Positions 17,858 to 27,641 of a stretch of 47,865 nucleotides of DNA are shown in pieces; the stretch's first letter is position 1, and every line of letters begins with the position of its first letter. Below the pieces are notes generated by a model. The model saw only the letters and a program-made list of their open reading frames with translations. It searched no databases and had not been told where the DNA came from. The stretch is from an uncultured Candidatus Sericytochromatia bacterium (GTDB lineage Bacteria > Cyanobacteriota > Sericytochromatia > UBA7694 > JACMQJ01), in NCBI GenBank assembly GCA_964422885.1, contig CAYRDV010000002.1, positions 1 to 47,865 on the forward strand, written 5' to 3'. The position numbers were made by a program, and so were the translations under genes.

Positions 17858-18601
17858 ATGAAAAAACTAATAAACTGGCATCAGGCAGATATCCTTGCGG
17901 AAAGATATCTGGATATTATATTAAGTGACATTGGCAATACTTTGCTGCTACTTATTCAAGCTCCACTAATTGCTCTGGCAATTTCTCTGGGCTGGTATGA
18001 AATAGGTCAGCCAACGGACTCACTTTATTATATTATGCTTGTTTCCTGTGTTTGGTTTGGTTGTATCAATGGCTCAAAAGAAATTGTCAAAGAAAGAGCT
18101 ATTTATCGCCGGGAAAGAATGTTTGGGCTCAATACTTTTGCTTATGTCTTTTCTAAAATAAAAGTACTTTCCATCGTCTCATTTGTCCAATGTTTATTGT
18201 TTCTTACCACTATTCATTTCTATATACCGCAAAAGGGAAATATCATTCTGATTTTTATTATTCTCTTTTTATGTACACTGTGTGGTGTCTCATTAGGTTT
18301 ACTTTTATCCACAATAGTAGATACACCTGATAAAGCTGTTGCTCTGGCTCCAGTTATCACTATTCCTCAGATCCTGTTTTCAAAAATGGTCATTCCCGAA
18401 AATTATTTAAGAGGCTGGGCTGCGATTGTTGAAAAGCTGATGATTGTAAAATGGGGATTTGAATCTATTCAGGAAATTGCTGGAAGAAATATTCATTTAT
18501 TTACTTTACTAAAAGGAATAGGAATATTAATTTTATTTTGCCTTATTTATTTTTTTATTACCTTAATGCTTCTAAAATTTAATAAATTTAGGGAAGAATA
18601 G
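17858..18601 (+). CDS. ABC-2 type transporter permease
   Basis: 247 aa, about 6 TM segments. ABC-2/ABCG-like signature region GSKEIVKERAIYRRERMFGL. Confidence 0.7.
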   Translation: MKKLINWHQADILAERYLDIILSDIGNTLLLLIQAPLIALAISLGWYEIGQPTDSLYYIMLVSCVWFGCINGSKEIVKERAIYRRERMFGLNTFAYVFSKIKVLSIVSFVQCLLFLTTIHFYIPQKGNIILIFIILFLCTLCGVSLGLLLSTIVDTPDKAVALAPVITIPQILFSKMVIPENYLRGWAAIVEKLMIVKWGFESIQEIAGRNIHLFTLLKGIGILILFCLIYFFITLMLLKFNKFREE

Positions 18602-18610
18602 TGTCTTTTG

Positions 18611-18648
18611 ATCTTGTAGAGACATGCCATGGCATGTCTCTACAAGAT
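18611..18648. terminator. 38-bp perfect palindrome between convergent genes
   Basis: atcttgtagagacatgcca|tggcatgtctctacaagat, 19 complementary pairs checked. Confidence 0.6.
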
Positions 18649-18654
18649 GTGTGG

Positions 18655-20400
18655 TTAGGTTTTTAAAAGAAAGCCAATAATAAACCTGCCAAATTTATTC
18701 AGTAGCGGTAAAGCAGAAATGGTTTGTTTATTAGCAATTATTACTTCTTTATCAGTTATCACTTCAGGAACTGTAGTTTCACAGAAAATACCTATTTTGG
18801 AAAGCTTTGTAAGGCTGCTGCCAGTTATCATATTACAAATTTCGGCAATAAATGATTCATCCATTTTATTTGATTTCATATGATAAGAAACTATCAGTGA
18901 ATCCGTTAGATTTTCAAAAAAGCTGCGATCAAAAATATAAAACACCTGCCCATTTAAATTTCCACTGATATTAAAAGTGATACAAATAATATTAGTTAGA
19001 GGCGTATTAAATGATACTTTAGCAAACTTTCCCATTTCAGTTGGAAAATTAAGATAAGTACTTAAAACTTCATTAATAGAAGTAATAAATGATGTTTCAT
19101 AAGAAATTTTTGCCAGTATAGTATTGCACCATCTTAAAATTTTCAGACATTCTTCCAGATTTTCCTTAGTAAGGTATTTAAGTTCTACCAAAGCCTCACC
19201 TATATGCAACATTCGGTTAGCCAATTCATGGCGATATCTGAACGTTTCATCTATCTGAGCCTCGTTTACCAGCCCAAGCTCAACAGCAATCTGGCCAAAT
19301 TTTAACCAGGCTTCACGGGTTTCCAGCCCTTCATTTTTTCTATACAGCAGGAGTTCCTGAGCGTCTAGTTTCAGAATAAATTTAAAAAATTCCAGTTTAG
19401 AAAAGTTAAAGACCTTTTTATTATCTTCAAAAATTTTATATAGTGATGCATTGCCATCAATTATATTTAGCATCATAGCATAAGCCCGGTTCTCTGGTTT
19501 TGACATCAAAACCTTTGCTGCATCAGCCAGAATCGGTATTATAAAATCCAGGATGCTTCCTGCACTTTCAATAAGGCTTCTTTCAATTTTGTTATTCATT
19601 GAATTTGACTGGAGCATTTCAGTTAAAAAGAGAGACTTATCGATAAGATGTGCCAGCCATTTCTGAATTTTTAAAGCATCTCTTAAAACATTTTCGGTGA
19701 TAAATCTTAGTTCAATCATTGCCTCACCGATTAACATACCACTGGTTGTTTTTTTATAATTTGCCGCATTTCTGAGATTTACTTCATGAATAAGGTCACA
19801 TTCCAGCAATATATCCCCTATTTTTACCCAACCAGATTTTTTATTTATATTTTTTGTTTTAATAAAAGTAACAAGGCTAGCCATATCAATTTCCTGCATA
19901 TAAAGTAAAAATTCCAGAAAATTTTTATGAATATTATTTTTTTCAAAAATCTCAAAAACCGAAGAATGATTATCAATCATTTTTAAAAAAGAATAAATTT
20001 TGGTTGGAGTTGATAAATCATCCATAATAATCCGGCCTTTTTCAGTAAGTTTTGGGATTAAGGCTTTTGTTATCATTGTTAAAAAAGTAGGCTTTTCTGA
20101 ATCATCAGGGTTTGTAACAGGAACACTGGGATTTGTTGCGGTAACACTTATTTCCGATTTTGTAGCAACATTGGCTGAAGACCGGATTTCATTATTGTTT
20201 ATTTCTTTTTGCGATGATAAGTTTATTGCATGATGGGAGATAATATTTTTTTTAGTACTTTCAATTTCTTCTATTTTAGAGACTATTTCTTCTTTTATTC
20301 GCTCAATATGGCAGGCAAAGCCATACTTTGCACTTTCAGGCAAATATTCCGAGTATTCTGATAAAGTATCTATAATCTCAAAAATATGATCTTTAAGCAT
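18655..20400 (-). CDS. Multidomain protein: two MshEN/T2SSE_N-like modules plus a C-terminal CheC/CheX-like domain
   Basis: 581 aa.
- MshEN-like pairs: KIGDILLECDLIHEVNLRNA.. / LIGEAMIELRFITENVLRDALKIQ and KFGQIAVELGLVNEAQIDETF.. / HIGEALVELKYLTKENLEECLKIL
- C-terminus: SFIAEICNMITGSSLTKLSKIGIFCETTVP fits the CheC-family S-x3-E-x2-N-x(~22)-P site. Confidence 0.75.
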   Translation of the reverse strand: MLKDHIFEIIDTLSEYSEYLPESAKYGFACHIERIKEEIVSKIEEIESTKKNIISHHAINLSSQKEINNNEIRSSANVATKSEISVTATNPSVPVTNPDDSEKPTFLTMITKALIPKLTEKGRIIMDDLSTPTKIYSFLKMIDNHSSVFEIFEKNNIHKNFLEFLLYMQEIDMASLVTFIKTKNINKKSGWVKIGDILLECDLIHEVNLRNAANYKKTTSGMLIGEAMIELRFITENVLRDALKIQKWLAHLIDKSLFLTEMLQSNSMNNKIERSLIESAGSILDFIIPILADAAKVLMSKPENRAYAMMLNIIDGNASLYKIFEDNKKVFNFSKLEFFKFILKLDAQELLLYRKNEGLETREAWLKFGQIAVELGLVNEAQIDETFRYRHELANRMLHIGEALVELKYLTKENLEECLKILRWCNTILAKISYETSFITSINEVLSTYLNFPTEMGKFAKVSFNTPLTNIICITFNISGNLNGQVFYIFDRSFFENLTDSLIVSYHMKSNKMDESFIAEICNMITGSSLTKLSKIGIFCETTVPEVITDKEVIIANKQTISALPLLNKFGRFIIGFLLKT

Positions 20401-20600
20401 TTAAATTACTATAAAGAAAATTTGAGAAGCTCCCATCAAGCTAAAAATTTTCTTACCTATTCAATTTCTTTTTCTTATTCTATATAGCTATTATTACTTA
20501 AAAATTACAAATTTTTCCTTTTTTAAAAAATAAAAAACTAAATTTTTTTTAAGCAGGTCAATTTTTTGTCTGTTTTAATAAGATTATATTTAAATAATTA

Positions 20601-21770
20601 TTAGGTCAATTTATCTGGTTCAGAGAATTTAATGTCCAAGTATCCATTTGCAAATTGTGCATCACTTGGTTCAAGTGCAGTTAAAGTTCTGGGCAAAACA
20701 ATATTTTTTCTAAAGTTTCCAACTTCTATAATAAAATCATCATGTTTTTTCTTCAGAGAGAATTTTTCCTGCTCAACTAATGGCAAATAAATTGATAAAA
20801 AGTAGTCATTACCCTCTTTACGTATTTTTTGCAGTTGCTCTTTAAACATAATATCAGTAGGATCATGATCACCAAAAATTTCATTTCCGATCATTTCTAA
20901 TAATTCAACACCAACAGCCTCAGTATTTAACATTCGATTTTTCAAAATGGGAATAGGAGAAAAAGAATCACCTATTTCCGAAATATATTTATTTTGCAAC
21001 TCATTCCAGTTTGCAAAATAAGAGTCATTAATTGGGGGAAGAATCCTGTTACAGATAACAGCATCAACATTATAACCATATAGGTTAAAATAGGTAAACG
21101 CTCGCTGTGATTCTTTCAATACCATTTTTTCAGGATTAAGAATAATCCGTACAGATGTAATCTCTGGATTGTTTACTATTTCTTTTACTTCGGCAATTTG
21201 TTTTAATAATCTCTCAATTGACTCAAATACACTATCTTCAGGTAATAAAAGTGATGTTTTCATAATTGGTCTGATAAAACCAACTGCTGTTCTGGTAATA
21301 GAAAATATTTTATTTACATACCAGTCAACCACATCAGGAAGGGTTAGCAGCCTGACTGACTCGCCTGTAGGTGCACAATCTATGACTATTAAATCAAATT
21401 CACCGGACTTTGTATGCAGATTTAGCTGAAAAAGACTGGAAAGTTCTTCCATACCAGGTGCTACTGCCAATTCATCAGCAACAATATCATCAAACCCTTT
21501 TGTTATAAGCAAAGAAGACATATAATTTTGAAGCTCTCCCCAATGTTCTCTTATTTCATCAAGAACATTTACCTCCTGGGCCCAAAGGTTTTTAACAATT
21601 TCAACTGGTTGACCGCTAAGAGTTATTCCAAGCGAATCGGATAAACTATGGGCAGGGTCGGTACTAATAACCAGAGTTTTATAACCTAATCTTGCTGCTT
21701 TAAGAGCAGTAGCAGCAGACATTGTTGTTTTTCCAACGCCACCCTTTCCAGTATGAAAGATAATTCTCAT
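20601..21770 (-). CDS. ArsA/Get3-family ATPase with C-terminal HSP20-like domain
   Basis: 389 aa. Deviant Walker A GKGGVGKTT, then STDPAHSLSD. The C-terminal alpha-crystallin-like segment is FIIEVGNFRKNIVLPRTL..ANGYLDIKF. Confidence 0.85.
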   Translation of the reverse strand: MRIIFHTGKGGVGKTTMSAATALKAARLGYKTLVISTDPAHSLSDSLGITLSGQPVEIVKNLWAQEVNVLDEIREHWGELQNYMSSLLITKGFDDIVADELAVAPGMEELSSLFQLNLHTKSGEFDLIVIDCAPTGESVRLLTLPDVVDWYVNKIFSITRTAVGFIRPIMKTSLLLPEDSVFESIERLLKQIAEVKEIVNNPEITSVRIILNPEKMVLKESQRAFTYFNLYGYNVDAVICNRILPPINDSYFANWNELQNKYISEIGDSFSPIPILKNRMLNTEAVGVELLEMIGNEIFGDHDPTDIMFKEQLQKIRKEGNDYFLSIYLPLVEQEKFSLKKKHDDFIIEVGNFRKNIVLPRTLTALEPSDAQFANGYLDIKFSEPDKLT

Positions 21771-21808
21771 TTTAAAATAAATTCTCCATTTGATATTTTT
21801 TAAGTGTA

Positions 21809-21843
21809 GTAGTAAGGACAGAACAGTGTTCTGTCCTTACTAC
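21809..21843. repeat. Palindromic element, GGACAGAACAgTGTTCTGTCC family, copy 3
   Basis: gtagtaaggacagaaca-g-tgttctgtccttactac, 17 nt after the aminotransferase stop. It differs from copies 1 and 2 by a paired G>A / C>T change that keeps the stem. Confidence 0.85.
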
Positions 21844-21859
21844 ACTACGTCCTCAACAA

Positions 21860-23032
21860 TTAACCGGTAAACCTGATATTATTATCTTCCAACCGTTTTA
21901 TAGCCAATCTTATTCTTTCTTCAGGGGCTGTAAGAGCTATTCTGAAATAACCATCGCCATAATCGCCATAACCAACACCTGGAGGGACTATTATTCCTGC
22001 TTTTTCCAGTAATAAAGCAGAAAACTCTGTTGAATTATATCCTTTTGGCACAGGGGCCCAGATATAGAAAGTTGCTTTTACAGGATTAAGATTCCATCCT
22101 AATTTATTTAGTCCCTCTGTAATAATATCTCTTCTGGATTTATAAATTTCATTCATTTTAGCTACATGCTCCTGTGGTCCAAGAAGTGCTTCTATTCCAG
22201 CATATTGAACCGCCTTAAAAACACCTGAATCGATATTATTTTTTAAGCGGCCTAGAGCACCTACAGCTTGAGCATTACCTACAGCCATACCAATTCTCCA
22301 ACCTGTCATATTATAGGTTTTACTAAGCGAATTAAACTCTATACAGACATCTTTTGAGCCAGGAACTTCCAGAAAGCTGGGAGCTTTATAGCCATCATAA
22401 GCCATTTCTGAATAAGCCAGATCATGGCAGACTAGGATATCATGCTTTTTGGCAAAATGAACGGCCTTTTCAAAAAATTCCAGAGTGGCAACTCCTCCGG
22501 TGGGATTATTAGGATAATTTAGAAACATCAGTTTAGATTTATCCGCTATATCACCAGGTATTTTATCAAGATCAGGAAGGAAATTATTTTCTTCAAGCAA
22601 AGGCATTATATATGGTATTCCACCAGCAAAGTTTGTAGTAACCTTATATACAGGGTATGCAGGATCTGGAACAAGGTTGTAATCTCCGGGATCTACGTAT
22701 GCCAGGTGGATATGTGCCAGCCCTTCTTTTGAACCGATGAGTGAAAGAACTTCATTATCGGGATTCAATTCAACATTAAATCTTGACGCATAATATTTTG
22801 CAACCGCTTCCCTAAAGTTTTTTGTCCCTTCATAAGGTGGATAATTATGGGTTTCAGGATTATCAACTGATTTATGCATTGCCCTTATTATATGTTCAGG
22901 AGTCGGCAGATCCGGATCTCCAATACCAAGATTTATAACATCTACACCTCTGGAAATAGCTTCGGCCTTTTTCTTATCTAATTCTGCAAACAAATATGGA
23001 GGAATAAGATCCATTCTCTTGGCTGTTTTCAT
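21860..23032 (-). CDS. dapL: LL-diaminopimelate aminotransferase-type class I PLP aminotransferase
   Basis: [12 protein letters not shown] .. [11 protein letters not shown] .. NYPNNPTG .. [14 protein letters not shown] (PLP lysine). I prefer ATG 23032 (MKTAKRM), 7 nt after AGGAGA, over the track start at 23065. Confidence 0.8.
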   Translation of the reverse strand: MKTAKRMDLIPPYLFAELDKKKAEAISRGVDVINLGIGDPDLPTPEHIIRAMHKSVDNPETHNYPPYEGTKNFREAVAKYYASRFNVELNPDNEVLSLIGSKEGLAHIHLAYVDPGDYNLVPDPAYPVYKVTTNFAGGIPYIMPLLEENNFLPDLDKIPGDIADKSKLMFLNYPNNPTGGVATLEFFEKAVHFAKKHDILVCHDLAYSEMAYDGYKAPSFLEVPGSKDVCIEFNSLSKTYNMTGWRIGMAVGNAQAVGALGRLKNNIDSGVFKAVQYAGIEALLGPQEHVAKMNEIYKSRRDIITEGLNKLGWNLNPVKATFYIWAPVPKGYNSTEFSALLLEKAGIIVPPGVGYGDYGDGYFRIALTAPEERIRLAIKRLEDNNIRFTG

Positions 23033-23296
23033 TTCTATATCTCCTAAACTTTTATAAGCTTTCAAGTAAGTATAACAAAGAGGGAAAAATTATTTAAACT
23101 ACAATTTGTAAACAAAAAAAATGGAGATTATATTTTCTTAGTTTAAAAAATATTTAATAGATTTTTTCTTTGTACTTAACTATAATTTAAAATTTAACCA
23201 TTTTTTCAATATTTATTAATTAATACATAGCCTTTTCTTAATGTTATTCCATTAAAATATAATTAAGTAATAAATTTAATTTAGAGAGATAGAGAA

Positions 23297-23893
23297 ATGG
23301 TTGGTACAATTACATCAACACCTCCTGCCAGTACAGGTGCATTAGATAATATAGTTATATTGCAGCCTGTTTCAACGGACCCACCACCACCTGAGCCTCC
23401 CCCGAAGAATTTTTTTCAGAGGTTAATGGGGGCAGATAATTATATGAAAAGCTTTATGGTTACTCAGATTGGGATTAGTGGTATTGCCAGCTATAAACTT
23501 GCTCCTTCGATCAGTGAAAATATGCTGAATTTCTTTAGCAAAGAAGGGCCGGGAATTGGTGTATCAGCTAAAAATATGGGAGTTACGACATTAAAAGGGG
23601 TTGTTGGCGGTTCTATTGCTGCTGCGGGTATAGGAGCGATCAGCACTATGGCAATAGGTCTGGCAACAGGAAATACCAAAGATGCAAAACAGGCGGCCCT
23701 TCTTTATGGAATTGGCGGAGCTGCTGGTGGCTTTACTGCTACCTTGGCCGGTGGTTTGTCACATACTCTGTTCCGCTCTCTTGGTGTTGCTGGAATTCCG
23801 CTTAGTATTGCCAGTACTGTAATAGGAACAGCAGTAGGAACTGTTGCTGGCATTTATACTCCTCTGGCAATTGCCTGGTCACAGGTACATTAA
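23297..23893 (+). CDS. Gly/Ala-rich (glycine-zipper-like) membrane protein with proline-rich N-terminus
   Basis: 198 aa. DPPPPEPPPK, then GGSIAAAGIGAISTMAIGLATG and GIGGAAGGFTATLAGG. Visibly more GC-rich than its flanks. Confidence 0.6.
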   Translation: MVGTITSTPPASTGALDNIVILQPVSTDPPPPEPPPKNFFQRLMGADNYMKSFMVTQIGISGIASYKLAPSISENMLNFFSKEGPGIGVSAKNMGVTTLKGVVGGSIAAAGIGAISTMAIGLATGNTKDAKQAALLYGIGGAAGGFTATLAGGLSHTLFRSLGVAGIPLSIASTVIGTAVGTVAGIYTPLAIAWSQVH

Positions 23894-24156
23894 AAGGTTA
23901 AAAGCTTTATTCAATTGTGTCCTATTTAATACTTTTTATAAAAAAAATAAATTAAGATTAAAATAGAAAATTTACTAAAACGTTCTGTTTTAAATTATTT
24001 TCAATGTGGTTAGTTAAATTCTGATGTGGAAAATTTATTTTTCCCAGATTATGAATTATTCTATTCCATTCTATGTTCTTTGAAAATTTAATAAGGAATT
24101 CTAGATATTTAAATAATGTGTTTAGGCCCTGTAGCACTTATTAAAGGAGGAAAAAA

Positions 24157-25167
24157 ATGCAAGTAAAATGCTGGGGAGCAAGAGGCTCCATCGCAATTTC
24201 AAATAAAAACAGTGTACATGCAGGTGGCAACACTACCTGTTATGAAATAATAAGCCAATGTCTTCCCGAAGGGAATAAACTATTTATAGATGCTGGCACA
24301 GGATTTGTTCCCGCAGGCTGGTCTTATCTTCCATTGATGAAAAACGGTAAACTGATTTTTAATATTCTTTTTACTCATTATCACTGGGATCATATTCTTG
24401 GCCTAACTTTATCACCAACTACTTTTATTACCGATATTCCTGTAAATATGTACGGGCCTGTTGATAATGGAGTGGGTGTTCATGATATGGTTAATCATTT
24501 ATTTAAAAAACCCTTTTTCCCAATCGAAGCATCACGGGTAAAGCATCATATGACATTCAAGGATTTACATAATTATGAAGGGCATGTAATGGCTGTTCAC
24601 CCAGAAGGAGGGTTTCAGACCTATAAGCTAGATCGTTTTGTTTATCTTGAACAAAAAGGTCGGTTACCGATAAACAGCAGCAGTTTTCCTGTTGATGAAT
24701 GTTTGGTTATTAAAATGCAAAAGGCTAATCATGGAAATAGCAACTGTATTACTTATCGGTTTGAAGAAAGACCAACCGGAAAAGTTTTTGTATTAGCAAC
24801 TGATCACGAAAATTATGATGTTCCACCACTGGAAATCCGTCAGCATTTTGCCAATGCAGACCTTTTGATTATTGATGCCCAATATTCAGAAAACAAATAT
24901 ATGGCAACGGCTGGTTATGGTCATGGAACATCTCAGGGAGCGATTAAACAGGGGGTTATAGCCAACGCAAAGCGGGTCGGCCTTACACATCATGACCCCG
25001 TAAGTCAGGACGCTTATCTGGAAGATGTTATTCTCAGTGAAGCTAAAGATTTGCTGGGGAATTACTCATCAACTCCGGACATGCTAAGAAAATATTCTAT
25101 CGAAGAGGTAATACTTACAGATCAGAATGTGTTTTTATGTTATGACTATCAGGAATATGAAGTTTAA
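24157..25167 (+). CDS. MBL-fold metallo-hydrolase
   Basis: 336 aa. THYHWDH (HxHxDH) motif. Strong SD AAAGGAGG upstream of the ATG. Confidence 0.85.
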   Translation: MQVKCWGARGSIAISNKNSVHAGGNTTCYEIISQCLPEGNKLFIDAGTGFVPAGWSYLPLMKNGKLIFNILFTHYHWDHILGLTLSPTTFITDIPVNMYGPVDNGVGVHDMVNHLFKKPFFPIEASRVKHHMTFKDLHNYEGHVMAVHPEGGFQTYKLDRFVYLEQKGRLPINSSSFPVDECLVIKMQKANHGNSNCITYRFEERPTGKVFVLATDHENYDVPPLEIRQHFANADLLIIDAQYSENKYMATAGYGHGTSQGAIKQGVIANAKRVGLTHHDPVSQDAYLEDVILSEAKDLLGNYSSTPDMLRKYSIEEVILTDQNVFLCYDYQEYEV

Positions 25168-25268
25168 GTTTTAAGATAATAATTATGAAAAATTGTTCTA
25201 CGGTAAAACCTTATTCCATTAACTTAAGTATCAGGGTTTCTTATTTATTTTTCACTTTATTGCAAAAA

Positions 25269-25943
25269 TTATTTAATTTTATCCGCAAAACGCTTTGTTA
25301 TTAAATGGGGCCTGGTAATCGCACTACCAATAACAACAGCATAGGCTTTTCTTTTAAAAGCTTCTTCAAGCTGAAATGGTTCCCAGATTTTTCCTTCCAT
25401 TATTACCGGAATTTTTAGTTTTTTTGTTAGCTTTGATAACAGCTCAAAATCTGGCTCATCAGATTGGGTACTGTATGGTGTATATCCTGATAAAGTAGTT
25501 CCGACCAGATCAAAACCAAATTCCTGAGCCTTAATACCTTCTTCATAAGTTGAAATATCAGCCATAGCAGGTAAATTAAATTTATGAATAAGTTTAATTA
25601 ATGATGGAATTTTCTCATCAAAAGGGCGTTTTCTCATTGTAGCATCAACCGCTATAATATCAGCGCCAGCAATAATAATAGCTTCAACTTCCTTTTGCGT
25701 TGGGGTAATATAAACATCTGAATCAGAGTAAATTTTTTTGTATAAACCAATAACCGGAACAGCAAAAAAATGCTTCATTTGCCTTACAGGTAAAGGACCA
25801 TTTGCCCTAAGAGCAGAAGCTCCACCTTCGATAGAGGCTTTTGCCATTGCCATAAGTGCTTCCGGGCTATAAAGAGGCTCTTCTGGCGAAGCCTGACACG
25901 AAACAATAAGTTTTCCTTTTAAGTTTTTTAAAACAACATTCAT
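25269..25943 (-). CDS. nanE: N-acetylmannosamine-6-phosphate 2-epimerase
   Basis: 224 aa. LIVSCQA .. IAVDAT .. GTTLSGYT .. VVIGSAITRP pattern typical of NanE. ATGA overlap with the upstream gene. Confidence 0.85.
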   Translation of the reverse strand: MNVVLKNLKGKLIVSCQASPEEPLYSPEALMAMAKASIEGGASALRANGPLPVRQMKHFFAVPVIGLYKKIYSDSDVYITPTQKEVEAIIIAGADIIAVDATMRKRPFDEKIPSLIKLIHKFNLPAMADISTYEEGIKAQEFGFDLVGTTLSGYTPYSTQSDEPDFELLSKLTKKLKIPVIMEGKIWEPFQLEEAFKRKAYAVVIGSAITRPHLITKRFADKIK

Positions 25944-26446
25944 CTGTTTAAGTAATGTTTGGCATATTCAACATAGTTTTCCCATGTCTTATGGATTAAT
26001 TTTAACTGGTCTTCAGTAATTTCTTTTTTTACCTTGGCTGGCATGCCAACAACCAGTGAATTGGGTGGGATCACTACACCTTCACCAACGAGTGCTCCTG
26101 CTGCTATTAGCGAGTTTTTACCGATTACAGCTCCTGTTAATACAGTTGCCCGCATCCCAATCAGAATATTATCTTCAAGAGTACACCCATGCAGAATAAC
26201 TCCGTGCCCCAGACTGACATTATTTCCCATTATTGCCGGATATCCGTGAACACAGTGAATAATAGAACCATCCTGAATATTACAGTTTTCTCCGATAATT
26301 ATTTCATCGACATCACCACGTAAAACAGATTGAAACCAGATGCTTGAATTTTTACCAATAGTTACTTTTCCAAGTATGTCAGCAGAGGGAGCAATAAAAA
26401 CGCTTTTATCAATTTTTAAATCATCATTTTTATATTTAAGGCTCAA
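25940..26446 (-). CDS. Gamma-carbonic-anhydrase-like left-handed beta-helix (hexapeptide repeat) protein
   Basis: 168 aa. Hexapeptide repeats. The pattern IWFQSVLRGDVDEIIIGENCNIQDGSIIH is typical of the YrdA/PaaY family. TTG start 7 nt after AGAGGA. Confidence 0.85.
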   Translation of the reverse strand: MSLKYKNDDLKIDKSVFIAPSADILGKVTIGKNSSIWFQSVLRGDVDEIIIGENCNIQDGSIIHCVHGYPAIMGNNVSLGHGVILHGCTLEDNILIGMRATVLTGAVIGKNSLIAAGALVGEGVVIPPNSLVVGMPAKVKKEITEDQLKLIHKTWENYVEYAKHYLNR

Positions 26447-26473
26447 CTAATTTTCCTCTTACAAAAACTAATA

Positions 26474-26710
26474 CTAATAATTTTTTTTTGTTTCAGGTGG
26501 AACAGTAATATCAACAGTAGTATTATCGATTTTAGTTAAACGGAATTCAGGTGTTTCATTTGCCCGGAATTTTTCAAGTAAACATTCATAGTGATAAAAA
26601 GCTAAATCATCAAGATTATAAATAACTTCATTTTTTAAATTACAATAACAAAAAAAGCATCTTATTTCTGTTTTTGGTATTTCTATTGCTACTTCTCTTA
26701 CTTTTTTCAT
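26474..26710 (-). CDS. Small hypothetical Cys-containing protein
   Basis: 78 aa, ATG start. CFFCYC ... YEC could be a small metal-binding knuckle. No family recognised. Confidence 0.5.
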   Translation of the reverse strand: MKKVREVAIEIPKTEIRCFFCYCNLKNEVIYNLDDLAFYHYECLLEKFRANETPEFRLTKIDNTTVDITVPPETKKNY

Positions 26711-26743
26711 TTTTTCCCTTAATAAATAATTTTTTTTAAAAGG

Positions 26744-26774
26744 CTATAAATGTGGTCTAAGATTACATTTATAG
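26744..26774 (-). terminator. Weak AT-rich hairpin after the methyltransferase gene
   Basis: ctataaatgt / acatttatag 10-bp stem with an 11-nt loop. Only a short T-run follows on the minus strand. Confidence 0.3.
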
Positions 26775-26819
26775 TCTCTAGCTAATTTTATTTGTTTTTT
26801 ACCAGTATGAAAAGAGGAG

Positions 26820-27641
26820 CTATATTTTTTTTCTTTCAAAGATATTGATATTATTAGTAAGCCAGTCAATTACCAAAGCTTCACGAAAAAGATTTTTTAT
26901 TTTTGTTGATTTCTCTTCCATATGGATAAAATTTTTATCTTCAAAAAGGCTTATCCAAAACTCATACGGCTGTTCATTTATATGACCAAAACCACCCTGA
27001 CCCGGAGGAGCTGAGCTAAAGATTATACGATTTGCATTGGTTGTCAGAAATTCAACCAGTTTTTCTGACATATCATTTGGAATATGTTCAGCAACTTCAA
27101 AACAGATTGCTGTATCAAATTTTTTTGAACATGGAGAATCCTGGCCAATTTCCCAATGATATGTTTTTACTATCGGAGAGCATAATTTAATGGCATCTTT
27201 GGAACTATCTAAACCAACAGAATCAATATTAAGTTTTTGAAACTGTTCAATGTAAATACCACAACCACACCCTATATCAATAATATTTTCAGGTTCTAAT
27301 ACATCCTTAATTATTTTACAGGCAATTTCTGCACTTGGATTTTCGAATATTTTACATAATGTATAAAAAGAAGTATTATAAGATTCGCTACCTTGTACAG
27401 GTTCATCCAGATCTTCGGGTTTATAATACATAAATTCTGTATCTGTATATCTGGATTTTATATTTTCCAGATCATTTTCTTCATGAACTATGTAATCATA
27501 CTTTTTTTTATCTAATTCCTCCAATAATACATTTTCAGAAGCTATAGATCTGATTTCATAAAAATCTTTTATACCAGAAAAAACATCATTTACAGTTTTT
27601 AACCTATTAAAATCCTGATAGAAAAAAATTAAACTTTTCAT
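26820..27641 (-). CDS. Class I SAM-dependent methyltransferase
   Basis: 273 aa. Motif I IIDIGCGCGIY. Post-I DSVGLD. FDTAICFEVAEHIP. Its ATG shares one nt with the TAA of the giant GT gene (TAATG). Confidence 0.8.
   Translation of the reverse strand: MKSLIFFYQDFNRLKTVNDVFSGIKDFYEIRSIASENVLLEELDKKKYDYIVHEENDLENIKSRYTDTEFMYYKPEDLDEPVQGSESYNTSFYTLCKIFENPSAEIACKIIKDVLEPENIIDIGCGCGIYIEQFQKLNIDSVGLDSSKDAIKLCSPIVKTYHWEIGQDSPCSKKFDTAICFEVAEHIPNDMSEKLVEFLTTNANRIIFSSAPPGQGGFGHINEQPYEFWISLFEDKNFIHMEEKSTKIKNLFREALVIDWLTNNINIFERKKI

Noticed and set aside
14249-26249. Short antisense ORFs in the middle region (14249..14491, 14840..15028, 16170..16361, 16922..17137, 17260..17463, 20000..20233, 21169..21429, 23491..23679, 26034..26249)
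   Set aside because: Each is fully contained within a longer gene on the other strand that has recognisable motifs or a signal peptide. None has an SD or a motif of its own.
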